Positions 8,598-18,000 of a stretch of 46,580 nucleotides of DNA are shown here, piece after piece. Source of the DNA: an uncultured Candidatus Poseidoniales archaeon. GTDB lineage: Archaea; Thermoplasmatota; Poseidoniia; Poseidoniales; Thalassarchaeaceae. Both the position numbers and the translations under genes were made by a program. The stretch's first letter is position 1; each line of letters starts with the position of its first letter. The notes under the pieces were generated by a model, which saw nothing but the letters and a program-made list of their open reading frames with translations, was not told the DNA's origin and did no database searches. The DNA is taken from NCBI GenBank assembly GCA_964343205.1, contig CAYFID010000003.1, positions 1 through 46,580 of the forward strand, in the 5' to 3' direction.

Positions 8598-10022
8598 ATG
8601 CGAGTAATTATCGCAGGCGCCGGCGAAGTCGGCCGGGGCGTGGCAGCTGCTCTGAGGGGGGAGAAGAGGGGAGTCGCCCTAATCGATCCAGATCCCAGTG
8701 CCATTAGCGATTCACAGTCATTAGACTGCCTCCTCGTGACTGGAAACGCCCTGTCCAGGGATTCACTAATTCGCGCCGGTATAAGCGATGCTGAGATAAT
8801 TGTGTTCGCAACAAACGATGATCACGTAAACCTACTTGGTTGCGCATTTTCGAAGAGAGTCTTCAGCGAGCAAGTAGGTGATAGGACCGCTTCGGGGCTG
8901 ATCACCATCGCCAACATCAGGGACCAGTCAATTACCGATCCTACTAGAGGGGCAGGACCTCTTGAGAACTGGGCGCGTTCGAACTTCATAGTTAGCCCTT
9001 CTAAGGAGGTAGTCGATCAACTGGTATCAGGCCTAGTTTCACCTTCACTGGACGACATTATCCCACTAGGAGAAAACGCCTGGATCGTAGTCTCTGAGAT
9101 TGAAGTATCCTCTCCGCTAGTCGGAATGACCACGGGAGAGGCATCCAAGAAATCACATGATGTGGCGGGCTATCCGAAGATTATTGCCGCCGGACCACGA
9201 GAGGGAATTGGCAGAATAGTGTCCGGAAACGAAATAATTCAGCAGGGGGATATGCTGGTATTTGTCACAAGTTCAACTAACTTCTTCGGGGAAATAGCTA
9301 GATTGGTGGGTGATGTTGATTCGGAAATGCCTGAAAGGCCTTCGGTGGCCATATTCGGGGCCACGAACTTTGGCAGCAGTCTAGCGAAGCATTATCTGGA
9401 TAGGGGCTCAAACGTCGTAATTATTGAACCAGATCTGGATGCGGCGAATTCTATCGTGGGTTCAAGAATAGGGATCAACAAGAGACTAGACGTTATTCAC
9501 GGAGACCCACAGGACGAGGATCTTCTCAGAGAACTTGCTATCGAGGATCAGGATATCGCCATTGCGACCCTGTCAGACGACAATCTGAATATCTCTATCT
9601 CTATGCGTGCATTTGACAAGGGTGTTACTAGAACCGGGTTGATCTTGAAGGATAGAGCATTGGTGGAGGCAATCCAGAGGATCGGACTACGTCCAGTTAG
9701 CAAAAGACGAGTAGCAGTCAAGTCAATACTCAAAGCAATCCACATGCATGTTCCCGGGTCTTATGAGCCGATACCCAGGATGCCCTCTTTGGTTTCCATA
9801 TCTGCTGAAATACAACCAGGAAGCAGATTACTGGGAAAAAACCTGAATCAGGTTGAAGAGAGAATTGGGGCTAGTCTGGTGATGTTGGAACGACCGGACC
9901 ATGAAGGAGCACTACATTCTGTACCAGTCGGGGAAATCGGGAGCATGCTCGAGGGCGACCGGATATTCTTAATTCTGGAAATAGACGACATCGGCCAGGT
10001 CGAGAAATTTCTTGGGAGCTAA
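8598..10022 (+). CDS. trkA: Trk K+ uptake NAD-binding subunit
   Basis: MRVIIAGAGEVG, T..D.VN, second Rossmann-like motif IFGATNFG; tandem RCK domains; adjacent to trkH. Confidence 0.92.
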   Translation: MRVIIAGAGEVGRGVAAALRGEKRGVALIDPDPSAISDSQSLDCLLVTGNALSRDSLIRAGISDAEIIVFATNDDHVNLLGCAFSKRVFSEQVGDRTASGLITIANIRDQSITDPTRGAGPLENWARSNFIVSPSKEVVDQLVSGLVSPSLDDIIPLGENAWIVVSEIEVSSPLVGMTTGEASKKSHDVAGYPKIIAAGPREGIGRIVSGNEIIQQGDMLVFVTSSTNFFGEIARLVGDVDSEMPERPSVAIFGATNFGSSLAKHYLDRGSNVVIIEPDLDAANSIVGSRIGINKRLDVIHGDPQDEDLLRELAIEDQDIAIATLSDDNLNISISMRAFDKGVTRTGLILKDRALVEAIQRIGLRPVSKRRVAVKSILKAIHMHVPGSYEPIPRMPSLVSISAEIQPGSRLLGKNLNQVEERIGASLVMLERPDHEGALHSVPVGEIGSMLEGDRIFLILEIDDIGQVEKFLGS

Positions 10023-10023
10023 C

Positions 10024-11622
10024 ATGCGTTGGGAAGTGGTCGGGCTAGTACTAGGTTGGACTATTGGCCTAGTAGCAGTCCCCCTTGCGGTAGTTATACT
10101 CTACAGCGCATACTCCGAAGGATTAGAGCCGGCAATCAGGACCTTTGCGATCCCACTATTGGTATCTCTACTATCGGGATTCCTGATGGTTTCTATTTTT
10201 GGAAGGTCTGATGCATCCAATAGGGTCAGGGACAGGGAGGCATTCGCTTCGGTCGCACTAGGATGGATACCTGTTGTCATTGTGGGGGCATTGCCATTCT
10301 GGCTTGGAGGGATGTTCCACGGTCCTTTCGGAGAATATTGGTTTCCTGACTCTGAAAATTCCCTAACCGACATATTGTACGGACTTCTCCACTCTTGGTT
10401 TGAATCAATGTCTGGATTTACTACAACGGGGGCGTCTCTGATTGACCCTTACACTAGCCCTGTTTGCTCCGGAGAATCTAGTCCCAATTACCCGAAATTC
10501 GAAGGTGACTGCGTAGGAAGCCAGAGAAAGAGTCTGATCCTTTGGAGATCTCTCTCACAATGGATAGGTGGTATGGGTGTGATTATGCTTGGCCTGCTCA
10601 TTTTCTCCCGTGCTTTGGGTGGTGGGATGGCATTGGCTAGAGCAGAGCTCACTGGACCATCAGTTTCCAATCTGGGTACTACTCTGGAGAGCACTGCAAG
10701 GAAGCTTTGGGGAATTTACGTGGGACTCACCATGATAGAAGCCATGCTCCTATACCAGCTTACCAACATGGGTGGATTCGATTCTGTAAACTACGCACTC
10801 ACCACTATGCCTTCGGGTGGTTTTGGCACTTCTGATTTGGGGGTTATGGGATATGATGACCCTGTCATTGAGACGGTGATCATGGTTTTCATGTTACTCA
10901 CCTGCATCAACTTCAGCCTACTATACTTCGCATTCTCTGGAAGGTTGAAAGAAATGTGGAAGGACGAGGAGCTAAGGACATACGCTCTGATAATTTTCGT
11001 CGCTTGGATTGCCATGGCGGTAAACCTTGCTAGATCAGGAAATTATGGGTTCGCTGAATCCATCCGCCACTCAATTTTCCAATCAATTTCGATTTCCAGT
11101 ACTGGATTTTCTAGTTCCGACTTCTCCTCATGGCCAGTATTCAGTCAGTTCGTTCTTCTGCTCCTAATGATAGTAGGGGCCAGCGCCGGCTCCACGGGAG
11201 GTGGCTTGAAGGTACTGCGTATAAGAATCGCATTTGAATTGGCGAAAAGGGAGGTCATGAAGATTATCCAGCCTCGCAAGGTCGTGGCGATCAGATTCAA
11301 TCAGTCTGTTGTAGACGAGGACAGGATATGGATCATCCTAGGGATGGTGAGCTCCTGGATGGTCGTTGTCACAGCATCTATGCTGACTATTTCCTTCTTG
11401 GAGCCATCTTTGACCATGACAGATGTATTTTCTGTCTCCATCTCCCTTCTGGGCAATACTGGGCCAGCCCTGGGGTCATTTGGTCCGTTGGGCGCTTCAT
11501 CTTCCTGGGCTAGCCTCAGTGTCCCCTCCTTGGTCGTCTCGACTATGTTGATGTGGCTCGGCCGTCTCGAATTGCTAACCGTCCTCGTCCTACTCCACCC
11601 AAGGACCTGGGAGTCAGACTAG
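10024..11622 (+). CDS. trkH: Trk K+ uptake membrane subunit
   Basis: FESMSGFTTTGAS, QWIGGMG, GASAGSTGGGLK, LGNTGP, MWLGRLE. Confidence 0.95.
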   Translation: MRWEVVGLVLGWTIGLVAVPLAVVILYSAYSEGLEPAIRTFAIPLLVSLLSGFLMVSIFGRSDASNRVRDREAFASVALGWIPVVIVGALPFWLGGMFHGPFGEYWFPDSENSLTDILYGLLHSWFESMSGFTTTGASLIDPYTSPVCSGESSPNYPKFEGDCVGSQRKSLILWRSLSQWIGGMGVIMLGLLIFSRALGGGMALARAELTGPSVSNLGTTLESTARKLWGIYVGLTMIEAMLLYQLTNMGGFDSVNYALTTMPSGGFGTSDLGVMGYDDPVIETVIMVFMLLTCINFSLLYFAFSGRLKEMWKDEELRTYALIIFVAWIAMAVNLARSGNYGFAESIRHSIFQSISISSTGFSSSDFSSWPVFSQFVLLLLMIVGASAGSTGGGLKVLRIRIAFELAKREVMKIIQPRKVVAIRFNQSVVDEDRIWIILGMVSSWMVVVTASMLTISFLEPSLTMTDVFSVSISLLGNTGPALGSFGPLGASSSWASLSVPSLVVSTMLMWLGRLELLTVLVLLHPRTWESD

Positions 11623-13121
11623 CCGAATCTGTCAAGGGTGGATTGCGAACCTTCTGGTTCGCTATTTTCGTTCTTTTCGACTGGCACATCCGCCGCTGAA
11701 TCATTTTCATCACTGAATGACTCAATAATTGCCTTTGCCCGTTTGTCCGACTTGGGGATTCCATGGAGGGCAAGGTGGTCATCCACTGTAAGCCCAATCC
11801 TCTTTGCCACAGAGAATTCGTGATGGGAGCCTCCTAGTGACTTGTCATGTGCTGCAAGTAGATGGGGCCATAGATCCTCCCTGACGGACGAATTACTGGA
11901 GCCTAGTTCCGCTGAAATGCGACCTATCAGGTCATTCGTCCTCCAGGACTCCCCTCCCCTTCTTAGGAAGTCTGGAAAGCTTACGAACACATCCTTGGAT
12001 GCCGAAAAACGGGAATGTGAAACTGCAGCCTGAACAGGCAATGCCGATCCCCAGTACCATGACCTGAATGCTCTGTTGGAGAACTTAGTAGCAAGGTACG
12101 AATCTGCACTACACATGGCTTGCGAAATTATTGGCAAACTCGTAACATCTAGAACGGACTGGTTGTTCCATGCGAACCAAGCCAGCAATTCATCCGGGTC
12201 CTTGTCTGAATTGACAAGTATGTCCGTCGCCCGAGATCCAGAATTTTCTGTGTAAACTCTCCTTAGAGCTTTGAATACATTGACCTGAACATCCCTTTCA
12301 GCAGCATCTGCTAATTCCTCAACTAAGGCTAAAGTGATGTGGCCACCACTTGTGGTTGATAGTGACTGCAGGTCCTTGATCAGAGCTCTGAGGTCCCCTG
12401 GATTCTCCCCAATAAGTATCTCAAGCGCCCCCGGATCAATTCCAATCCCTTCTGAATCTAGAACCCGACGAGCAACCCTTCTCAGATCTTCTCCCTTTAC
12501 CCTATCGAAGATCACGCTCTCTGCTATCCTTAGTACTCGATCTCTGTTGGACCTCCAACTACTCCCACCCCCCCACAGCCTCATCGGTTCGTTGCAGGTC
12601 ATTATCACCGGGTGTTTCGTGCTACTAAGCAGGCTCAACAGCTCAGCCTTTCCCCCCGAGTCCCCTTTCAGAACTGGACCCTCTTCAGAAGGGCTCATTG
12701 TCTTCCTTATCCTTTCTTCCGAAACCTTTGCGAATCCCCCACTTAGGTGGTCTACCTCGTCCAATAGGATCACAGTCTTCATATTGGGAATAGCTCCCTT
12801 TGAGAATTGGCCTAGTGAGAAATTATGCGAACCCCTAGTCGCAGAGGCCCTAATCGCAGCTGCGTTCCTTTGCTCGGAGGCGTTCAACTCAACTATATTC
12901 CACCCCCTCTCTATGGCTAATGCATGCGCAAGAGTAGTTTTCCCCACTCCTGGGGGTCCTGACAGAAGCAACCCTCTCTTTTTTGGAAATCTAATTTCTG
13001 AACTCCAACTGTTCAACCAAACTCTTACTCTTCGGATCTTGTCTTCGTTTCCTTCGATTCCTGAAAGCGAGGTCGGACGGTAACGTTCAGTCCAGTCTTG
13101 AGGTCGTTCCTCTACTCCCAC
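11619..13121 (-). CDS. rfcL: Replication factor C large subunit
   Basis: WTERYRP, GPPGVGKTT, ELNASEQR, LLDEVD, GDLRA, C-terminal PIP box QSTLDRF; likely GTG start 13121. Confidence 0.93.
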   Translation of the reverse strand: MGVEERPQDWTERYRPTSLSGIEGNEDKIRRVRVWLNSWSSEIRFPKKRGLLLSGPPGVGKTTLAHALAIERGWNIVELNASEQRNAAAIRASATRGSHNFSLGQFSKGAIPNMKTVILLDEVDHLSGGFAKVSEERIRKTMSPSEEGPVLKGDSGGKAELLSLLSSTKHPVIMTCNEPMRLWGGGSSWRSNRDRVLRIAESVIFDRVKGEDLRRVARRVLDSEGIGIDPGALEILIGENPGDLRALIKDLQSLSTTSGGHITLALVEELADAAERDVQVNVFKALRRVYTENSGSRATDILVNSDKDPDELLAWFAWNNQSVLDVTSLPIISQAMCSADSYLATKFSNRAFRSWYWGSALPVQAAVSHSRFSASKDVFVSFPDFLRRGGESWRTNDLIGRISAELGSSNSSVREDLWPHLLAAHDKSLGGSHHEFSVAKRIGLTVDDHLALHGIPKSDKRAKAIIESFSDENDSAADVPVEKNENSEPEGSQSTLDRFG

Positions 13122-13158
13122 AAATGGTGATTTTATCGACGACTCTTGAAGATTAGTA

Positions 13159-14892
13159 CTAGAATAGAGTAGACAAGGAACGAGAAGACAAGAGATCGAT
13201 GAGTGAATCAACATCCGAACGAACTTGCTTCTGGTCGTCCCTCCTCCGGATGGTCACCGAACCGTCCTCGATGGACTGGTGATCCACCGTTACTGCCCAT
13301 GGTATTCCTATTTCATCGGCCCGAGCATACCTTCTTCCAATTGACCTGCTAGTGTCCAACACTCCAATTATTCCCGTAACAGAACGGATATTATTGGAGA
13401 TTTCTCTAGCAATACCCACCATCTCCTGCTTATCAAAAAGTGGCAATATTGCAACATCATAAGGGGCTACAGAGTGATTTAGAGTTAGAATAGTGTAACT
13501 CTCGTCTTCTTTCTCTAATTCTCTGAAGTTGTGGTCTAGAACGTGCCAGATGATCCTGTCTATGCCGAATGCAGGCTCAATTACATGCGGTGTAAAGTAC
13601 TCCCCATTTACCACAGTTTCCTGGGTGTTTCTGCTTACCATCTCCTCAGTAATCTCAACATCAGACTCATCGGAAAGTGTGAGATGAAAGGGGAGCTCCT
13701 CTGGAAGTTCAAACAATTCGGAGAGGGCTTTGGAGACTAGCGCCGCCTTCTCCTTGAAATGGGGCCCAACTACTGAGCCAATTGGGGACAGGACCTCTCT
13801 TTTCTCGCTAACAGGGGATTCGTATTGCCTCCATCCTCTTAGCATGTTTGAGCCCGAGTGTTCCTCGTGGGACTCTAGGTCATGACAAGTTCTGTTAGCA
13901 ATTCCAACAACTTCAACCCACCCATGCTCCCCATTCAATTCACAGTCCCAGCAGTCAGACGCATAGTGTGCCATCTCTGATCCTTCATGTTGTCTGAATC
14001 TAACTTGGTCGCTGTCAATACCAATATTGACTAGAAACTCCAATGTCATAGCTAGAAACCAGGCTACTGTGGGGTGCTTAACTATTCCAGCTTCGAATGC
14101 CTCTTCAAACGTCATTGTCCTCTTGCCCGGTTTGGGACCTTCTGGGTCGGGAATAATGCAAACCCTGTCATCCCACTTGCCAAGATTTGTTGCTGGGGGG
14201 TCCTTTGGATCTATGAAGTACTCCAACTCCGCCATGTTGAACTCTCTGAGTCTAATCATACCCTGTCGCGGGCTAATTTCGTTCCTGTATCCCTTTCCAG
14301 TCTGCATAGCCCCAAATGGTAGCTTCTGCCTAAAGTGTCTGTAAAGGGACGGATATTGCATGAACATTCCCTGTGCAGTTTCGGGCCTCATGTATGCTGC
14401 TCTAGAACTCCCCATTGCCCCTATGTTGGTCTGGAACATTAGGTTCATCGGCCTTGTATCCTTCCAATGAGTCGATCCACAGCTTGGGCAATTTACGCCT
14501 GACTGTGAAATGATTTGGTCCAATTCCTCGATTCCCAGTGTATCTGGGCTTTCATGGACATCACTTAGCAGGTGATCGCTTCTGTAGGCCCCCCCACAGG
14601 ACGCGCATTCGGACATCTTGTCATTAAACTCGCCCACATGTCCGCTGGCTACCAGAACTGACTCTGGAGTAATCGTGGGGGAGTCGACTTCTACGACATT
14701 CGGCAATATGCTCCAGTGATTGAGCCAGCAATCAATTACCCTCCTCTTGATGCTAGCACCCACGGGCCCGTAGTCGATTAGCCCCGAAACACCACCATAT
14801 ATGCCGAATGAAGGGAGTACTATTCCCCGTCTTCTGAGTAGGGATGAAAGCCTCGTCATACGACTATTGTCAACCATTTCGACTTCCGACAA
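13159..14892 (-). CDS. glyS: Glycine--tRNA ligase (archaeal/eukaryotic alpha2 type)
   Basis: DYGPVG, MRPETAQG, RNEISPRQG.IRLREF, VIEPAFGIDR, SIGRRYARADEIG. Confidence 0.97.
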   Translation of the reverse strand: MSEVEMVDNSRMTRLSSLLRRRGIVLPSFGIYGGVSGLIDYGPVGASIKRRVIDCWLNHWSILPNVVEVDSPTITPESVLVASGHVGEFNDKMSECASCGGAYRSDHLLSDVHESPDTLGIEELDQIISQSGVNCPSCGSTHWKDTRPMNLMFQTNIGAMGSSRAAYMRPETAQGMFMQYPSLYRHFRQKLPFGAMQTGKGYRNEISPRQGMIRLREFNMAELEYFIDPKDPPATNLGKWDDRVCIIPDPEGPKPGKRTMTFEEAFEAGIVKHPTVAWFLAMTLEFLVNIGIDSDQVRFRQHEGSEMAHYASDCWDCELNGEHGWVEVVGIANRTCHDLESHEEHSGSNMLRGWRQYESPVSEKREVLSPIGSVVGPHFKEKAALVSKALSELFELPEELPFHLTLSDESDVEITEEMVSRNTQETVVNGEYFTPHVIEPAFGIDRIIWHVLDHNFRELEKEDESYTILTLNHSVAPYDVAILPLFDKQEMVGIAREISNNIRSVTGIIGVLDTSRSIGRRYARADEIGIPWAVTVDHQSIEDGSVTIRRRDDQKQVRSDVDSLIDLLSSRSLSTLF

Positions 14893-15050
14893 CCAATCGT
14901 GGTTTTCAAGCCATCCTAGTTTGCTTGGTGATTATTTCAATTGGACGACCATTCGGGAATTATCCAGCAATTTGGGGCACATTCATCACTATTTTGAGAA
15001 GCATTCATTTATGGCATCGATTGCCTGAAACGCAAGGTGGATTAGAAAAA

Positions 15051-18000
15051 ATGCCAGAAATAAAGTATGTATCTGAGATTTCAGATACCGAGGAGATCCT
15101 AGCAGGGCTTTCCGCTCCAGTAAGGAATTGGTTCCGGGAGAAGTTCGACGACTTCACAGAACCACAAAAGGTAGCCATCCCTCAGATCCTAGCTGGCGAA
15201 CATCTACTATTGTGCTCTCCGACTGGCTCTGGAAAGACCCTCACAGCATTCCTGTCCATAATCGACGATCTTGTTCGGAGATCTTTGGCAGGAACCCTTA
15301 CTGATTCAGTCCAATGCATCTATATTTCTCCAATCAAGGCTCTAGCTAATGATATCCAAAAGAACCTGATAGGTCCCCTTTCCGAGATCAAGGAGCGGTT
15401 CCTCCCTGGCAGAGCTCAGGAAATCAAAGTAGGGCTTAGAACCGGCGACACCCCTCAAAAGGAGAGGGAGAGGATGCTCCGCAAACCCCCTCACATTCTG
15501 ATTACTACTCCCGAATCGTTGGGCCTAGCTCTGGCATCGAAGAGGTTCCGGCCACTTCTCAACGAGCTGAAGTGGCTAATTGTGGACGAGATGCACTCCT
15601 TGGTCCCTACCAAAAGGGGCACTCACCTTTCCCTTAGCCTAGCACTAATGGACTCTGTAGTAGAATCCGAGGTTCAGAGAATCGGAATTAGTGCCACTAT
15701 GGAGCCACTGAACGATGTAGCAGAATTCCTAGTAGCTAGCGATTCAAGGGAGGGCGAGGCACACAAGCAAAGCGTGTCAATAGCAAAGATATCTGGATCT
15801 AGGGAACTCGATTTAGATATCATTCTCCCATCCCCGAGATTCACTTCTATCCCCGTGAAGGAGATATTGGACCATAATATCGACATAATCAAGGATTTAG
15901 TAGAGGCGCACACAACCACTCTGGTTTTCGTTAACACTAGGAACATGACCGAGACATTCGTACAGCGTCTAAAGGTGGCAGGCCTGATTGGCGTGGAAGG
16001 CCATCACGGATCGATGGACAAGTCAATCAGGCTTGATGTCGAGCAGAGACTGAAGGAAGGAAGACTCAGGTGCGTAGTTTCTTCGTCGAGCCTCGAGATG
16101 GGAATTGACATTGGCTCTGTAGATTTTGTGGTTCAGGTCGGATCTCCTGGGTCCATAGCAACTGCCTTACAGAGGATTGGTAGGGCGGGGCACCATGTGG
16201 GCGGGCTACCAAGGGCTCGCTTTCTCCCTACTTCCCCGCATGACCTCCTAGAGATCGTGGCTTTGCAGAACGGAATTCTATCTGGGAACATGGATTTGCT
16301 AAAATTTCCCGAAAACTGCTTGGATGTCCTCGCTCAATTCCTAATTGGACTCACTATAATCAGGGAGTGGGACATTGACGAGGCATACGAACTGGTCCAA
16401 GCTTCGTGGCCTTACAGGTCACTCCCGTATGACGATTACATCGAGGTACTGGACCTTCTCGAAGAAGAAAGAAGGTTGTGGGTAGATTGGGAGGAGAACC
16501 GATTTGGAAAGAGAGGATACGCCCAGATGATATATTACACCAATATTGGCACGATTTCTCCAGATAACAACTACCTCGTCTTCACATCAGACGGTACTCT
16601 GGTGGGGCAGCTATCTTCCTCGTTCGTTTCTAGCCTCAGAAATGGTGACGTTTTCCTACTTGGCGGCTCGACTTACCGGGTATCTAGTGTCAGGGGGACT
16701 AGGGTGAATGTAACATCAGCTACGGGTTACAGGCCGACAATACCATCGTGGACAGGAGAAGCGATGAGCCGGACTAGCGAACTCAGTGGCGAAGTTCTCG
16801 ATCTACTCGAAATTCTTGCAGTACAATACAGGACAGGGGGTGGCATCACATCCTTCTTAGTTGATGTTCTGGGCCTGAACAAACCCGTAGCAAATGCATT
16901 GACCCAATTCCTCGATGAGCACTCAGCTACTACATTCCAGGTTCCTTCCAAAGACCGAATTCTGGTTGAACAGGTGGAGGCCCCCCTTCCAACATACGTT
17001 GTCACAACATGCAGAGGCCGAGCATTCAACTTAGCTCTCGGCTATCTGTTTGCAGGCATGGCAGCTAGGGATGACATCACCGTGCACGAGCTGTCATTCG
17101 ACGAAAATGGCTTCATGGCAAAGCTGAGCCATGAGATCGAGGTCTCGTCTATTCCAGATGTGTTCCGGGGCTCAGGTAGCGAAGGAACTCTGCACAAGTA
17201 CCTCATCGAGTCCCAACTCTTTGCAAAGAGATTCAGAGAGGTAGCCTCCAGGAGTATGCTGAACCCCAGAAGAATCGGTGCCGAGGAGGTCAGTCCTAAA
17301 CAATTCCAGCAGAAAGCGGAACAGATTATGAATCGCCACAGAAAGATGGATGACTCAGTAATCGTCAGGGAGGCGATGAACGAGATCCTCACAACAGACC
17401 TAGATATGGATCAACTGAGGCATTTCATTTCCAGGATGGACAGTGAGGACGTTCGAATAGTACATCGAAGGGTGAAGATCCCTTCTCCCCTGGGTTTGAC
17501 ACTGTTCATGTCCTCATTCGAGGATCTTCTTTCTCTGAGGACTCGGGCATACCTAATCAAAGACGTCGACCCCGAGATCCTCAGAAGGCTACTCGGGGCC
17601 AGGTCGCTGGCAACCGAACTCGACGAGGAAAGACTCAGCGAGTATTACCAGTCGAAGGTTTCAGCTCCCACTAATGCGAACGAACTTCTCAAGCTTATGG
17701 ATATGGGAGGGGGCCTTGAGCGACAGCTCACACATCCGCTATATAGTGAGAAACTAAAGGACATAGAGTTCGAAACTCTCCGTGAGTGGGTCCACGAATT
17801 AGCCGAAAGGGGCCTAATCACCAAGGTCAGAGGAACCGGCTTGGAAAAGATAGACGGCAAGTGGTTCTCTTTGAGGATGACAGAGGTTCACGGCACGCTT
17901 GGCTGTCTTGCTGTAGCAGGAGCAGCGGAAATGGATGACCTAAGGGAGCTTTACACCGGGGGCCTCAGTTACGAGATAGGAGAGGGATTCGTAGGGGGCG

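Noticed and set aside
12334-13083. 249-aa ORF antisense to rfcL
   Set aside because: No motifs; antisense shadow, like the many others in the ORF track.
14844-15050. N-terminal extension of the Lhr ORF
   Set aside because: Overlaps the glyS start and the divergent promoter region; homology begins near ATG 15051.
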